DNA from: Oscillospiraceae bacterium
GTDB lineage: Bacteria > Bacillota > Clostridia > Oscillospirales > CAG-272
DNA length: 64,000 bases
Direction of reading: 5' to 3'
Assembly: GCA_015065135.1 (NCBI GenBank)
Contig: SVQY01000003.1
Location: forward strand, 12,667-76,666
Positions 54,558 to 64,000 of this stretch are shown in pieces. A program made the translations under genes and the position numbers. Every line of letters begins with the position of its first letter. Position 1 is the stretch's first letter. Under the pieces are notes generated by a model. That model was not told the DNA's origin and made no database searches. It worked only from the letters and a program-made list of their open reading frames with translations.

Positions 54558-57032
54558 TTATATGAGCAGCATATCCTGCTCGGTGAGGCGCTCGCCGTTC
54601 CAGAGCAGGGTCTTGACCTCGTATTTGCCGAAGGTAAGGGAGGCGGCTTTGTTGCAGAGGGTAACGGTGCAGCTCTTGTCTTCGCGGCTGTTATTCAGCA
54701 GGCGAAGGATGAAATTTTTGCTACCGTATTGCTTTTTTATGGTTACAAGCACCACGTTGCGGTCGGAAATATCCAGGGAGAAGGGTGCTTGAGGCTTATT
54801 TGCACCGGGCAGCCCCGCCTCGGCAGGGAAGACGTTGCAGGCGTAAGGAGGCGTGTTGAATTCCGTCGCCAGCCGCTCCAATGCCGCCACGGGTGCGGCG
54901 GTCAGACGGAAGGCGAAATTCCGCTCTCCCATATCGGCTTTTTTGACGAACTTGTCGGTCGGGATGATGGGTCTGTCCAGAATGGGATGGCCGCAGTAGG
55001 TAATACCGCGCAGCAGCGACATGGAAAGCACGCCGTCCTTGAAGATAGAACCGTAGGTGCCGCGGTTCAGCAGCGCCAGGGCGGTGTCCCCATCCTCGGT
55101 CAGTGCCACAAAGCGCTGCGCCACGTTTTCTCGCCCGTCAAGAAAGAGGGACTCGGTGCCGAAGGCGGTCTGTCCCAAACATCCCTTTGCCTCAGTAGGC
55201 AATGCCAGGCGGAGCATACGGTTGGCATCATTCATAAACACGTCCACCTTCACGTCTACGTCAAAGGAGTGCTTGTAGATGTCGTACTCCACGCGCAGTT
55301 TGGTGTTCTCGCACGAGAAAAATGCCTCGGCGGCGGTGTAGATGGGGCCATCCTCGATGATCTGAAAGGATTTCATGCCCGCAAAGGGGCCGTTCGGCTC
55401 TGCCATTAGGGTGAATGGAACAGGTTCGGTGCCGATGGCCCTTTCCTGCTCCTTGGACATGGCCCACGGGTCGGGATTATCCTTGTAGAAAACAGGCAAA
55501 AACAGACCCCGTTTACCGAGATATGGCTTTTTTGCGGCATATTCCTTGCCGTCGATGCGGTAGGAGCGCATCAGTCCCGTTTTACTGTCGATCTCCACGT
55601 GCTTTTGCACCTTGCGACCCTCAACGGTCACGGTGCTGTCCACCACGATGTCGTCGTTGACACGCGATATGGCAGGCTCGGTGGGGGCGTGATCCGCATA
55701 CAGGGAAAAACGGGTCACGTCCATGGGTGCGAGAGGCGCACGGAAGATAAATCGCTTGCGCCAGTCCAGATTAAGGCAGCTCTCCTCCTTGATCTGCTGC
55801 AGGGGCAGCTCCTGCCCCTTGGCGTCAAACAGCCGCAGACGGGAGTGGATATCCTCCCTCCAGTTTTGATCCGCCATCATCATCTCGCAGATCACCTCGG
55901 TCTCCAGCTCGTAGGGCTGGGGATTGTAGACGAGGATGGGATATTCTCCTTCCTTGGCGCGAGGCTCTGCGGCGCAAAGCGCAAAATACGCTCTGGCGCG
56001 CAGGCGGTTGAGGATCAGCAGGGCATGATCGGCATACTGCAGACCGTTCTGCTCGCCTGCGCGAATGCAGGTGCCGGGCAGCACGTCGTGAAATTCCATA
56101 TTCAAAAGGTCAGTGGTCGCCTCATCCAGCTCCTGCTCGGGATATTCCATGAGGCCGCGCAGAGAGGCCATGGAGCAGAGCTTTTCTACCATGTAGAGGT
56201 TGTTCTCCACCTCTGCGTGCTTTTGCTTGACCTGTGCCATGGAGGTGTAGCAGCCGGGCTGCACCAGTCGCAGCGCCTTGTTATGCACCGCCTTGGGATC
56301 CAGCTTGGCAAAAAACTGCTCGGGGGTGGAGTGGATGATGGTGAACTCATCTGCCAGCTCCTTTTTCAGTGCCTCGATGTCGGCAAGATCCCGACGGGAG
56401 GGACCGCCGCCGTGGTTGCCCACGCCCCACAGCACGAAAATGGTATCCTCGGGGCGGTTTTGGATGCGGTGCTTGATATCCTTTGCAGCGGTGCCCAGAT
56501 GTGTGAGATAGGTGCTACGTACGCCTACCTTCACGCGGCTGCCGTCTACGCCCTCCCACCAGAATTGGCTGGACGGAATGGGCTCGGAGCCGGGGCGGGT
56601 GATGATGTAGCTGTCCTGTCCGCATTTGCTCAGGATCTGAGGCAGACCGGAGGAGTGACCGAAGGAGTCAAAGTTGATGGCGGTGGTTGGCTTTACGCCA
56701 AAGTTTTCTTCAAAATAGCGGTGCCCCATCAGGATCTGGCGTACCATGCTCTCGCCCGAGGGCATGTTGCAGTCGGGCTGGAGATACCAGCCGCCCATAA
56801 TGTGCCACTTGCCCTCTCGTACCAGCTTTTTGATGCGTGTGAACAGGGCGGGGGCATATTCCGCAATATATTTATAAAGGGTGACCTCATTGTGGCAGAA
56901 GATGTAGTCAAACTCCTCTGCAAGGTCGACGGCGGAGCGGAAGGTGGAAAGTGCCGCTGCGGCACCCTCCTCCCATTCCCATTGCCAGATGGGGTCGATA
57001 TGCGCGTTACAGATCAGATGGACTTCTTTCAC
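54558..57032 (-). CDS. alpha-mannosidase (glycoside hydrolase family 38), second paralogue
   Basis: VHLICNAHIDPIWQWEWEEG...TFRSAV, DSFGH, MEFHDVLPG motifs. GTG 57032 lies 8 nt after AAAGGAG. Promoter TTGCAA-17-TACAAT upstream. Confidence 0.85.
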   Translation of the reverse strand: MKEVHLICNAHIDPIWQWEWEEGAAAALSTFRSAVDLAEEFDYIFCHNEVTLYKYIAEYAPALFTRIKKLVREGKWHIMGGWYLQPDCNMPSGESMVRQILMGHRYFEENFGVKPTTAINFDSFGHSSGLPQILSKCGQDSYIITRPGSEPIPSSQFWWEGVDGSRVKVGVRSTYLTHLGTAAKDIKHRIQNRPEDTIFVLWGVGNHGGGPSRRDLADIEALKKELADEFTIIHSTPEQFFAKLDPKAVHNKALRLVQPGCYTSMAQVKQKHAEVENNLYMVEKLCSMASLRGLMEYPEQELDEATTDLLNMEFHDVLPGTCIRAGEQNGLQYADHALLILNRLRARAYFALCAAEPRAKEGEYPILVYNPQPYELETEVICEMMMADQNWREDIHSRLRLFDAKGQELPLQQIKEESCLNLDWRKRFIFRAPLAPMDVTRFSLYADHAPTEPAISRVNDDIVVDSTVTVEGRKVQKHVEIDSKTGLMRSYRIDGKEYAAKKPYLGKRGLFLPVFYKDNPDPWAMSKEQERAIGTEPVPFTLMAEPNGPFAGMKSFQIIEDGPIYTAAEAFFSCENTKLRVEYDIYKHSFDVDVKVDVFMNDANRMLRLALPTEAKGCLGQTAFGTESLFLDGRENVAQRFVALTEDGDTALALLNRGTYGSIFKDGVLSMSLLRGITYCGHPILDRPIIPTDKFVKKADMGERNFAFRLTAAPVAALERLATEFNTPPYACNVFPAEAGLPGANKPQAPFSLDISDRNVVLVTIKKQYGSKNFILRLLNNSREDKSCTVTLCNKAASLTFGKYEVKTLLWNGERLTEQDMLLI

Positions 57033-57104
57033 GGTGCGAGCTCCTTTCGGATGGGTTGCTTTTATTGTATCATGATGCACTCTGCTTTGCAAGTGGATTT
57101 TGAA

Positions 57105-57139
57105 AAAAGCAAAAAGGACAGCGAGCTGTCCTTTTTTGC
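57105..57139 (-). terminator. intrinsic terminator after the HAD gene
   Basis: AAGGACAGC-ga-GCTGTCCTT hairpin with flanking T- and A-runs. Confidence 0.75.
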
Positions 57140-57931
57140 TTAAAGCTCTTTTTCCAATTCCGCGACGATGGCGGCGATGGCACTCTGCTCGTAATGCACG
57201 GTCTGTCTTTTTGCCGCCGCCTTGACGTGGGGTAGGGCGTTTTCCACCGCGTAGCTGATGTCTCCCATTTCCAGCATAGAAATGTCGTTTTCAAAGTCAC
57301 CTGCGGTCACCAGCAGCCGCGCGCCCAGCATCTTCTTCAATCGCAGCGCGGCAGGGCCCTTGCGATCCTCCATGCAAATGATCTCAATGCCTGCCGCCCA
57401 GCTGCGTGCGATCTCAAAGCAGGGAGGCGCTATGCGTCTCAGCTTGTACAGCAGTGCCTCGGTCTCCTCCGGTGTTTGCGCACAGCAAAGCACGTTGTAA
57501 AGGGGCATTTCACAGGCATCCCGCAGCTCCTTGATGGTGCGCACCGTGCCTTCGCGTTCCTCCCGATGGCAGGTCAGCGAATGGGTGGTCCTGTCGTGCA
57601 TGACCACCCTTCGCACCGTGGGCTCGGTATCCCAGAGCTGCTCGGCAATGTCCAGCGCCAGCATATCCTGCCTGCCGCCTGAATGCAGCACCTCGCCGGT
57701 GTTCTGATCCAGGATGCGCGCGCCGTTATAGCCCACCAACGGGGCATTGACGCGAAAGCCCTCTTGATGATTTTTCAAAAAGAGCGGATTTCTGCCGCTG
57801 ATGATGGTGAACAGTCCGCCGTTTTGCTGAAAGTACTCGATCGCCCTGCAGTTGTCGGGGGTCACCACGCCGCCGACGCCCATGGTCTGGTCAAAGTCGG
57901 AGCAAAGTAAGATACCGTCAAATTTTCCCAT
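57140..57931 (-). CDS. Cof-type HAD-IIB family hydrolase (sugar phosphatase-like)
   Basis: ILLCSDFDQTM (DxD motif I) and TAGDFENDISMLE (motif IV). About 263 aa from ATG 57931. Confidence 0.75.
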   Translation of the reverse strand: MGKFDGILLCSDFDQTMGVGGVVTPDNCRAIEYFQQNGGLFTIISGRNPLFLKNHQEGFRVNAPLVGYNGARILDQNTGEVLHSGGRQDMLALDIAEQLWDTEPTVRRVVMHDRTTHSLTCHREEREGTVRTIKELRDACEMPLYNVLCCAQTPEETEALLYKLRRIAPPCFEIARSWAAGIEIICMEDRKGPAALRLKKMLGARLLVTAGDFENDISMLEMGDISYAVENALPHVKAAAKRQTVHYEQSAIAAIVAELEKEL

Positions 57932-58012
57932 GATCGTTTCCGTTTCTGTGGTTCTTGATATGCTCAGTATAACAAAAAGGGCGGTCGTTGTCAACCGCCC
58001 TTGGGCTTTTTA

Positions 58013-60703
58013 TCAGTTGTTATGCTCAATGCCGCGCTTCTTATCGATCAGGCGGTGCACCAGCTTGACGATTTCAACCAGCGGGATGATGGCAAAGCCG
58101 AGCGCCATGGCGATAAAGTATTCCTTCGCGTCAATAGCGGTCATGCTGAAGGCCTTGGCGATGGGATCGATCAGAACTACCACCGAGGTCAGTGCCAGAG
58201 AGAGCAGGCCTGCACCCCAGAGCCACTTGTTCTGGCCCTTCATCGTGAAGATGGAGCCGCGCAGGGAGCGCATGTTGAAGGAGTGGAACACCTCACACAT
58301 AGCCAGCGTCAGGAATGCCATCGTGGTACCGTGTACGCTTTCCATGTGGATGTCGAAGTTGCCGGCCTCCAGATAGTGACCGACAAAATAGGAGATCAGG
58401 GTGATGGCGGTCACCAGTACGCCCTGGTAGACCACGGCGGCGCCAAGGCCGCCGGCAAAGACGCCCTCCTTGCTGTCACGGGGCTTGCGCTTCATTACGT
58501 TTGCCTCGGGCTTCTCCATACCCAGTGCCAGCGCAGGGAAGCAGTCGGTGATCAGGTTGATCCACAGCAGCTGCACGGGCTGGAAGATGGTGAAGCCGAT
58601 CAGGGTAGCGGCGAAGATGGCCAGCACCTCAGAGAGGTTGGATGCCAGCAGGAACTGGATGGCCTTGCGGATGTTGTCGTAGATGCGGCGTCCCTCGCCT
58701 GCGGCGGAGACGATGGTGGCAAAGTTATCATCGGCCAGGATCATATCGGCCACATTCTTGGTCACGTCGGTGCCGGTGATGCCCATACCCACGCCGATGT
58801 CGGCGTTCTTGATGGAGGGCGCGTCGTTGACGCCGTCACCGGTCATTGCGGTGACCTTGCCCTTTTTGCGCCAGGCATTGACGATACGGGTCTTATGCTC
58901 GGGCTGCACGCGTGCGTAGACCGAGTACTGCTCAACGGCGGTCTCAAACTCCTCGTCGGAGATGTTGTCCAGCTCAGCGCCGGTGATCGCCTGCGAGGCG
59001 TTCTCGATAATACCCAGCTGCATGGCGATGGCCACAGCAGTATCCTTGTGGTCACCGGTGATCATAATGGGACGGATGCCGGCGGAGCGGCACTGGTCGA
59101 TAGCGGGCTTGACCTCGGGACGGACGGGGTCGATCATACCGGTCAGACCCACGAAGCACAGATCACACTCTACGGCCTCGGCCTCGTAAGCGGCAGGCTC
59201 GGCGGAAAGCGCCTTTTTGGCGGCTGCCAGCACGCGGAGCGCCTGATCGGCCATCTTCTTGTTGGCGGCCAGGATCTCGGCGCGGATCTCCTCGGTCATA
59301 GGCACCTCAGCACCCTGCCAAAGGGCGGTGGTGCAGCGCTTCAGGATCTCATCGGGAGCGCCCTTGGTGAACTGCACAAGATTGCCGTTCACGTTGTGAA
59401 CGGTGGTCATCATCTTACGCATCGAGTCAAAGGGAACCTCTCCGATACGGACGTACTCCAGCTTCTGATCATTCTTATCAAGCCCCAGTGTCTCGGCATA
59501 GTTGACCAGCGCGCACTCAGTGGGCTCGCCCACGGCAGTCTTGGCCTCGCGGTCGAATTCTGCATCGGAGCACATAGACATTGCGGTGGCCAGCAGCTTC
59601 TCGTCATCGGCAAAATGATCCACAACGGTCATCTTGTTCTGGGTCAGGGTACCGGTCTTATCCGAGCAGATGATCTGGGTGCAGCCCAGAGTCTCTACGG
59701 CGGTCAGCTTACGGATGATGGCGTTGCGCTTGGACATATTGGTCACACCAATAGAAAGCACGATAGTCACAACGGTGGAAAGACCCTCGGGGATGGCGGC
59801 TACCGCCAGAGAGATGGCAACCATAAAGAAGTTCATTGCTACGGCGAAGCTGAAGCCGTCGCCAACCACCAGCGAACGGATCAGATTGATGCCGAACACG
59901 ACCACGCAGATGCCGATGACCAGATAGGTCAATACCTTTGAGAGGCCGGCCAGCTTCTGCTGCAGAGGGGTCTTGCCCTCCTGTGCCTGAGAGAGTGCAT
60001 CGGCGATCTTGCCCATCTCGGTATCCATGCCGGTGCCGGTCACAACGGCCTTGCCGCGGCCGTAGACCACGGTAGAGCCCATAAAGACCATATTCTTGCG
60101 GTCGCCAAGGGCTACGTCACCGTTAGCATTGGCGGTCATAGTGCCTTCCTGCTTGGTAACCGGCACCGATTCGCCGGTCAGCGCGGCCTCTTCGATCTTC
60201 ATCGAGGCACATTCAATGATACGGGCATCGGCGGGCACGGCATCGCCTGCCTCCAGCACGATAATGTCACCGACCACCAGATCCTCACTGTGTACGGTGA
60301 TCTGCTTGCCGTCACGGATGACCTTGGAGGTAGCGGCTGCGATCTGCTGCAGCGCCTCAATGGCTTTTTCGGCTTTGCTTTCCTGGAACACGCCAAGAAT
60401 CGCATTGATCAGGACCACGGCGAGAATGATCACCACGTCAAAGGGGAACTCCCAGTGACCCTGCTGAACGCCGTTGTAGATCTCCATACCTGCGGCGATG
60501 GCGGCGGCCACCAGCAGAATAATGGTCATGGGCTCGGCCAGCTGCTTCAGAAAGCGGTGGATCAGCGACTCCTTTTTACCCTCTGCCAGCTTGTTTTTGC
60601 CGTTCTTCTCCAGGCGAGCGGCGGCTTCCTGCTCGGAAAGACCCTGCTCGGAGCTGTCCAGCTCCTTTAGAACGACGTTGCTTTCTTCCAGATAGTGTTT
60701 CAT
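58013..60703 (-). CDS. cation-transporting P-type ATPase (P2A, Ca2+/Mn2+-type)
   Basis: ICSDKTGTLTQNKM phosphorylation motif, TGES, MITGDH, GDGVNDAPS, 10 TM pattern, N-terminal Cation_ATPase_N (GLSEQEAAARLEKNGKN). 896 aa. Confidence 0.9.
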   Translation of the reverse strand: MKHYLEESNVVLKELDSSEQGLSEQEAAARLEKNGKNKLAEGKKESLIHRFLKQLAEPMTIILLVAAAIAAGMEIYNGVQQGHWEFPFDVVIILAVVLINAILGVFQESKAEKAIEALQQIAAATSKVIRDGKQITVHSEDLVVGDIIVLEAGDAVPADARIIECASMKIEEAALTGESVPVTKQEGTMTANANGDVALGDRKNMVFMGSTVVYGRGKAVVTGTGMDTEMGKIADALSQAQEGKTPLQQKLAGLSKVLTYLVIGICVVVFGINLIRSLVVGDGFSFAVAMNFFMVAISLAVAAIPEGLSTVVTIVLSIGVTNMSKRNAIIRKLTAVETLGCTQIICSDKTGTLTQNKMTVVDHFADDEKLLATAMSMCSDAEFDREAKTAVGEPTECALVNYAETLGLDKNDQKLEYVRIGEVPFDSMRKMMTTVHNVNGNLVQFTKGAPDEILKRCTTALWQGAEVPMTEEIRAEILAANKKMADQALRVLAAAKKALSAEPAAYEAEAVECDLCFVGLTGMIDPVRPEVKPAIDQCRSAGIRPIMITGDHKDTAVAIAMQLGIIENASQAITGAELDNISDEEFETAVEQYSVYARVQPEHKTRIVNAWRKKGKVTAMTGDGVNDAPSIKNADIGVGMGITGTDVTKNVADMILADDNFATIVSAAGEGRRIYDNIRKAIQFLLASNLSEVLAIFAATLIGFTIFQPVQLLWINLITDCFPALALGMEKPEANVMKRKPRDSKEGVFAGGLGAAVVYQGVLVTAITLISYFVGHYLEAGNFDIHMESVHGTTMAFLTLAMCEVFHSFNMRSLRGSIFTMKGQNKWLWGAGLLSLALTSVVVLIDPIAKAFSMTAIDAKEYFIAMALGFAIIPLVEIVKLVHRLIDKKRGIEHNN

Positions 60704-60754
60704 GTTACTCCTCTCTGCCCCTTTGGGGCACCGTGGTTTGTTTTACGATTTGGC

Positions 60755-60875
60755 GAAAAAAGAGACCCATGCAGAGCATAACCCTACATGAGTCTCGTTA
60801 ATCAAGGTAAGCCAGACCGAGGATCGGCCAGTGATGTTGACTTACCCGCGCTAAGGCGTAACTACTCCCTCACGG
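60755..60875 (-). promoter_or_regulatory. yybP-ykoY (Mn2+) riboswitch with terminator expression platform, in the leader of the P-type ATPase
   Basis: Minus strand reads GUGAGGGAGUAG...GUCAACAU...hairpin GGCCGA-ucc-UCGGUC...UUGAUUAACGAGACUCAU. This matches the conserved GGGGAGUAG (L1) and UA(G/A)CAAGAC 3-prime elements of the family. GAGACTCATG...CATGGGTCTC + TTTTTT (60755-60796) forms a terminator that competes with P1. Confidence 0.7.
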
Positions 60876-60888
60876 ATATTGTGGGAAA

Positions 60889-60918
60889 ATTATACCATAA
60901 ATATATATTGCTTGTCAA
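60889..60918 (-). promoter_or_regulatory. promoter of the riboswitch-ATPase transcript
   Basis: Minus strand: TTGACA (60913-60918), 18 nt, TGgTATAAT (60889-60897). Confidence 0.6.
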
Positions 60919-60996
60919 GCGGCGTTTCCGGCGATTTTGTGCAGTATTTGGTTAATTTTTTGTGGAAAAATAACGAAAATCGCGGGATTTCTCGGT

Positions 60997-62244
60997 CTAC
61001 GGCTCTTTTTCATCCCATTTTCGGCTTTTTCCGGTTCCGATGTCGGGGTTTTGATAGCAGCCCAGCTGGATGCTGGCTCTGCCGTGCTTGCCTCGGATAT
61101 CTGCCATCGCCTTTTCTACCGTTTCTTGCTTATCGTTCCTGTTGTCGGCAACCGAGAACATATCCAGCTGCTCCTCGGTGTCTCCGGGGGAGACCAGACC
61201 GGCGGCGGTCACGGTCAGCGCGCGGATGCTGGCGCCAAAGCCCACCGAGGCCGCGATCAGATCCATGGCGTGGGCCACGATGTCCTGCTGGAGCCAGGTG
61301 GCACGGCGCAGCGTGCATTGTCGCTGTACGGTGCGGAAGTTGGGGTCCTTGATCTGTACCTGCACCACGGTGCATTTGCGATCCGCCTCGCGCAGTCTGG
61401 CGGCCACCAGATCCGCCATGGCCATCACGCCTGCGCGGATCTCATCCGCCCCCGCAATGTCGCGGCGGAAGGTCATGCCGTTCCCTACCGATTTGGGGGC
61501 GGGGCGATCCCAATAGCTATGCACCGGCTCCTCGTCAAGGCCGGCTGCATAACGCCAGAGCGTATCGCCTGCCTCACCAAGGCGGTCGGCCACCACATGG
61601 CGCTCGGTACCTGCCAGATCGCCGATGGTCTGAATGCCCATCCGGCTCAGCACCTCGGTGGTGCGCCTGCCGGCAAACAGCAGGGCAGAGACCGGGAGAG
61701 GGAAGGCGATCTCCTTGTAATTGGTGCGATCGATCACGGTGGTGGCGTCCGGCTTTTTGTAGTCGCTGCCCAGCTTGGCAAAAACGCGACAGAAGCTGAC
61801 ACCCACCGAGATGGTAATGCCGATCTCCCGCTTCACACGCTCGCGGATCTCGTCGGCCAGCTCACGGGGCGACTTTTTGAAGAGCCGCAGGCTTCCGGTG
61901 ACGTCCAGAAAGGATTCGTCGATACCGAAGGGGTCTACCAGATCGGTGTAGTCCAGATAGATGGCGTTCACTCTTTTAGAGATCTTGCCGTACATATTGT
62001 GGTGAGGGAGGACACAGACGAGGCCGGGACATTTCTGCTTGGCCTGCCAAATGGTCTCGGCGGTCTGGATGCCGTATTTTTTTGCTCTTTCGTTCTTAGC
62101 CAGAATGATGCCGTGGCGGCTTTCGGGGTCACCGGTCACCACCATTGGTACGTCGGCCAGCGCAGGGTCGAGCAGGGTCTCTACCGATGCAAAAAATCCG
62201 TTGCAATCGCAGTGTAAAATGACCCGTTCCCGGGCTTTTTCCAT
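60997..62244 (-). CDS. dinB: DNA polymerase IV (Y-family translesion polymerase)
   Basis: ILHCDCNGFFASVE...P..V.G....R.G.I.....A...GI, SIDE.FLDVT and little-finger region. 415 aa. Confidence 0.9.
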   Translation of the reverse strand: MEKARERVILHCDCNGFFASVETLLDPALADVPMVVTGDPESRHGIILAKNERAKKYGIQTAETIWQAKQKCPGLVCVLPHHNMYGKISKRVNAIYLDYTDLVDPFGIDESFLDVTGSLRLFKKSPRELADEIRERVKREIGITISVGVSFCRVFAKLGSDYKKPDATTVIDRTNYKEIAFPLPVSALLFAGRRTTEVLSRMGIQTIGDLAGTERHVVADRLGEAGDTLWRYAAGLDEEPVHSYWDRPAPKSVGNGMTFRRDIAGADEIRAGVMAMADLVAARLREADRKCTVVQVQIKDPNFRTVQRQCTLRRATWLQQDIVAHAMDLIAASVGFGASIRALTVTAAGLVSPGDTEEQLDMFSVADNRNDKQETVEKAMADIRGKHGRASIQLGCYQNPDIGTGKSRKWDEKEP

Positions 62245-62283
62245 TTTCGTGTCCTCCTTTCCGATAAAATAAGGTGTCAGAGA

Positions 62284-63021
62284 TCAGTCAAGTGCTGCCA
62301 GAAAGGCTGCCTCTGCAGGAATGCCGATGCCAACGCCAAAGGGCTCGCCGTTTGGATGATAGCGGCGCAGCGAAAGGCGCTTTCCACCCACAAAGCCTGC
62401 CATACGGGGGGCAAGATGCACGCTGCCCCAAAATTCCTTGAATATCACCGTATCGCCCTGCAGATCGTACAGCGCCGCGGCCTCCTCACCGCACTCCACA
62501 AAGCCACCGCCGCCCTGCTCATACAGAGAAAGAAAGGTCTCGGTGGGGGTGCAAAGGGGGAGCAGCGCGTGGTAAACGCGTGCATCCAAATACTCGGTTG
62601 CCGAAATATGGCGGCAATGCTCGTCGCCCGGCGTGGCTTCCTCCTCCCAGCTCTGGATGGGAGAGATGGGCGTAAAGCCCGCTTTTTCATAAAACGCAAA
62701 GAGAGAGGGCGTCATCGGGCGCAAAAAAACAGGATAGCGCGCCGCCTCTGCGGCGAGCAGCTGCTTTGCCAGCCCCTTGCCGCGGTGATCGGGGTGCGTG
62801 GCCACACCGTAAAGATAGTGGGACTCCACCTCGCCCTCCTCGGTCAGCATAGGGTAGGGGATCGAAAACAGCATCGAGATCGGCTCGCCATTTTCGCAAA
62901 CCGTGCGGATGCACGTGGGGTAATAACGATCAAACAGTGCCTCTGTAAAGGCATCGGTCTCGCCCGGAAAGGCAAGACGGTAAAGCGCCATACAGGCGCG
63001 CTTCATCCGGTCCATAAGCAT
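62284..63021 (-). CDS. GNAT family N-acetyltransferase
   Basis: YLYGVATHPDHRGKGLAKQLL acetyl-CoA binding motif A. 245 aa. Confidence 0.75.
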   Translation of the reverse strand: MLMDRMKRACMALYRLAFPGETDAFTEALFDRYYPTCIRTVCENGEPISMLFSIPYPMLTEEGEVESHYLYGVATHPDHRGKGLAKQLLAAEAARYPVFLRPMTPSLFAFYEKAGFTPISPIQSWEEEATPGDEHCRHISATEYLDARVYHALLPLCTPTETFLSLYEQGGGGFVECGEEAAALYDLQGDTVIFKEFWGSVHLAPRMAGFVGGKRLSLRRYHPNGEPFGVGIGIPAEAAFLAALD

Positions 63022-63126
63022 TCCTCACTTTCTTTTTTTAGTATATCCGATTTTTGCTTCGCCGTCAAGTCCGCCCAATGGGCAAAAAGCACCCGTTGCA
63101 CCAAAAAGTGGCGCAACGGGGTGATA

Positions 63127-64000
63127 TTATGAGGATTTTGAAGCGTCCGTCAGGGCGCGGGTGCGGCGGACATCCTTGCGCAAGCGGTTCAGCGAGGCAA
63201 AGGACTTGTTCAGCACGTCACGCATCTCGGGATCCAGACCTGCATAGGAAGCCAGGATCTTTTTCAGACTTTGCAGCTTGTTTCCGGTAATACCGGAGAT
63301 GGTATCCTGCTCGGCAGCCTCCAGCACGGTGAACAATGCCTCGCTGAACGCGCGCTTGCGCTCTTGGCTCAGCTCCTTCACAAAGCGATCCAGGATCTCC
63401 TCGGTATCCTCTCCGAATGCGGTACGTTCGGTGGCATAGATGAAATCATTTCCCAACACCTGCCAGGAAAAGGCATCGTGCTGCATAATACCTACCGTGT
63501 CGCTTTTTACGATCTTATAATTGCTGTCGTGCTCCAGCAGCACGGCCACGATAGAGGACTGTGGCAGATAGGTGTGGATGCGGTCTCGCATTTCCAGATA
63601 GTCGGGGGAGGAGATGGTGTCATCACAAAAGCCGGGACCATCGTTGTTATAGACTGCGCGGATGCGGTGGCGATGCTCGGGGCCGCTATGTACTGCCGAG
63701 AACATCGCCAGATTTCCACCCTTTGAATGGCCGCCCACAAAAATGCGGCGCAGCGGATGTGCGGCGGCTACGGCGCGCAGATATTCCTTGGCGCGCAGCT
63801 GGGCGGGCACCGGGCACTCATAGCTCATGCGCAGGTCCTCCTTCCAGCCCACCAGCGTATCATCGGTGCCTTCGAAGGAAACGAACAGATTTTGGCCGGG
63901 CAAAAGGATGGTCAGTGCGGCAAATTGCATACCGTCCTCGAAATTCAGCTCCTTTTGAGCCGCTAAGAGACGCAGTGGCGCAAAGCGCGGAGAGGCGATG
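63127..64000 (-). CDS. DUF2974 / Mbeg1-like alpha/beta-hydrolase (lipase-like), N-terminus outside window
   Basis: VSFEGTDDTLVGWKEDL and nucleophile elbow VGGHSKGGNLA. The reading frame stays open upstream of the 63930 Met to the window end. Confidence 0.65.
   Translation of the reverse strand, partial: IASPRFAPLRLLAAQKELNFEDGMQFAALTILLPGQNLFVSFEGTDDTLVGWKEDLRMSYECPVPAQLRAKEYLRAVAAAHPLRRIFVGGHSKGGNLAMFSAVHSGPEHRHRIRAVYNNDGPGFCDDTISSPDYLEMRDRIHTYLPQSSIVAVLLEHDSNYKIVKSDTVGIMQHDAFSWQVLGNDFIYATERTAFGEDTEEILDRFVKELSQERKRAFSEALFTVLEAAEQDTISGITGNKLQSLKKILASYAGLDPEMRDVLNKSFASLNRLRKDVRRTRALTDASKSS

Overview
This 64-kb chromosomal window looks like it comes from a high-G+C Clostridia-type Firmicute. 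That placement is an inference from AGGAGG-type RBSs, TTGACA/TATAAT promoters, many rho-independent terminators, and anaerobe gene content (NfnAB, LarA, Etf-like, IolB). I support about 50 protein genes, one tRNA-Ser(UGA), one yybP-ykoY (Mn2+) riboswitch and many intrinsic terminators. There are no rRNA genes, CRISPR arrays, transposases or integrases. The content is mostly metabolic and accessory. It includes glnA; a 9-gene RpiR-controlled sugar or polyol operon that combines iolB/iolC/iolJ-like genes with a GlcD/GlcF-like flavo-Fe-S dehydrogenase and a fused EtfB-EtfA; four AraC regulators; two GH38 alpha-mannosidases; and beta-helix glycosidase-like proteins. It also carries putP, secG, nfnAB, prfC, dinB, a ydjGHI-like SPFH/zinc-ribbon/TPM membrane-stress operon, and a 1362-aa surface protein (LamG, metallophosphoesterase, GLUG and collagen-like parts). 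The strongest candidate for an undescribed system is a translationally coupled two-gene operon at 22965..27477, next to tRNA-Ser. Gene A encodes a 3-TM membrane protein with two Rossmann-like segments and a RyR-like C-terminus. Gene B encodes an HD phosphohydrolase-like domain, a RyR domain and a YpsA/SLOG-like C-terminal domain. This architecture suggests nucleotide-ligand sensing coupled to a phosphohydrolase and a membrane partner, a logic seen in conflict and defence systems, but it matches no named system I know. All domain calls rest on motif recognition by eye and need profile or structure searches.
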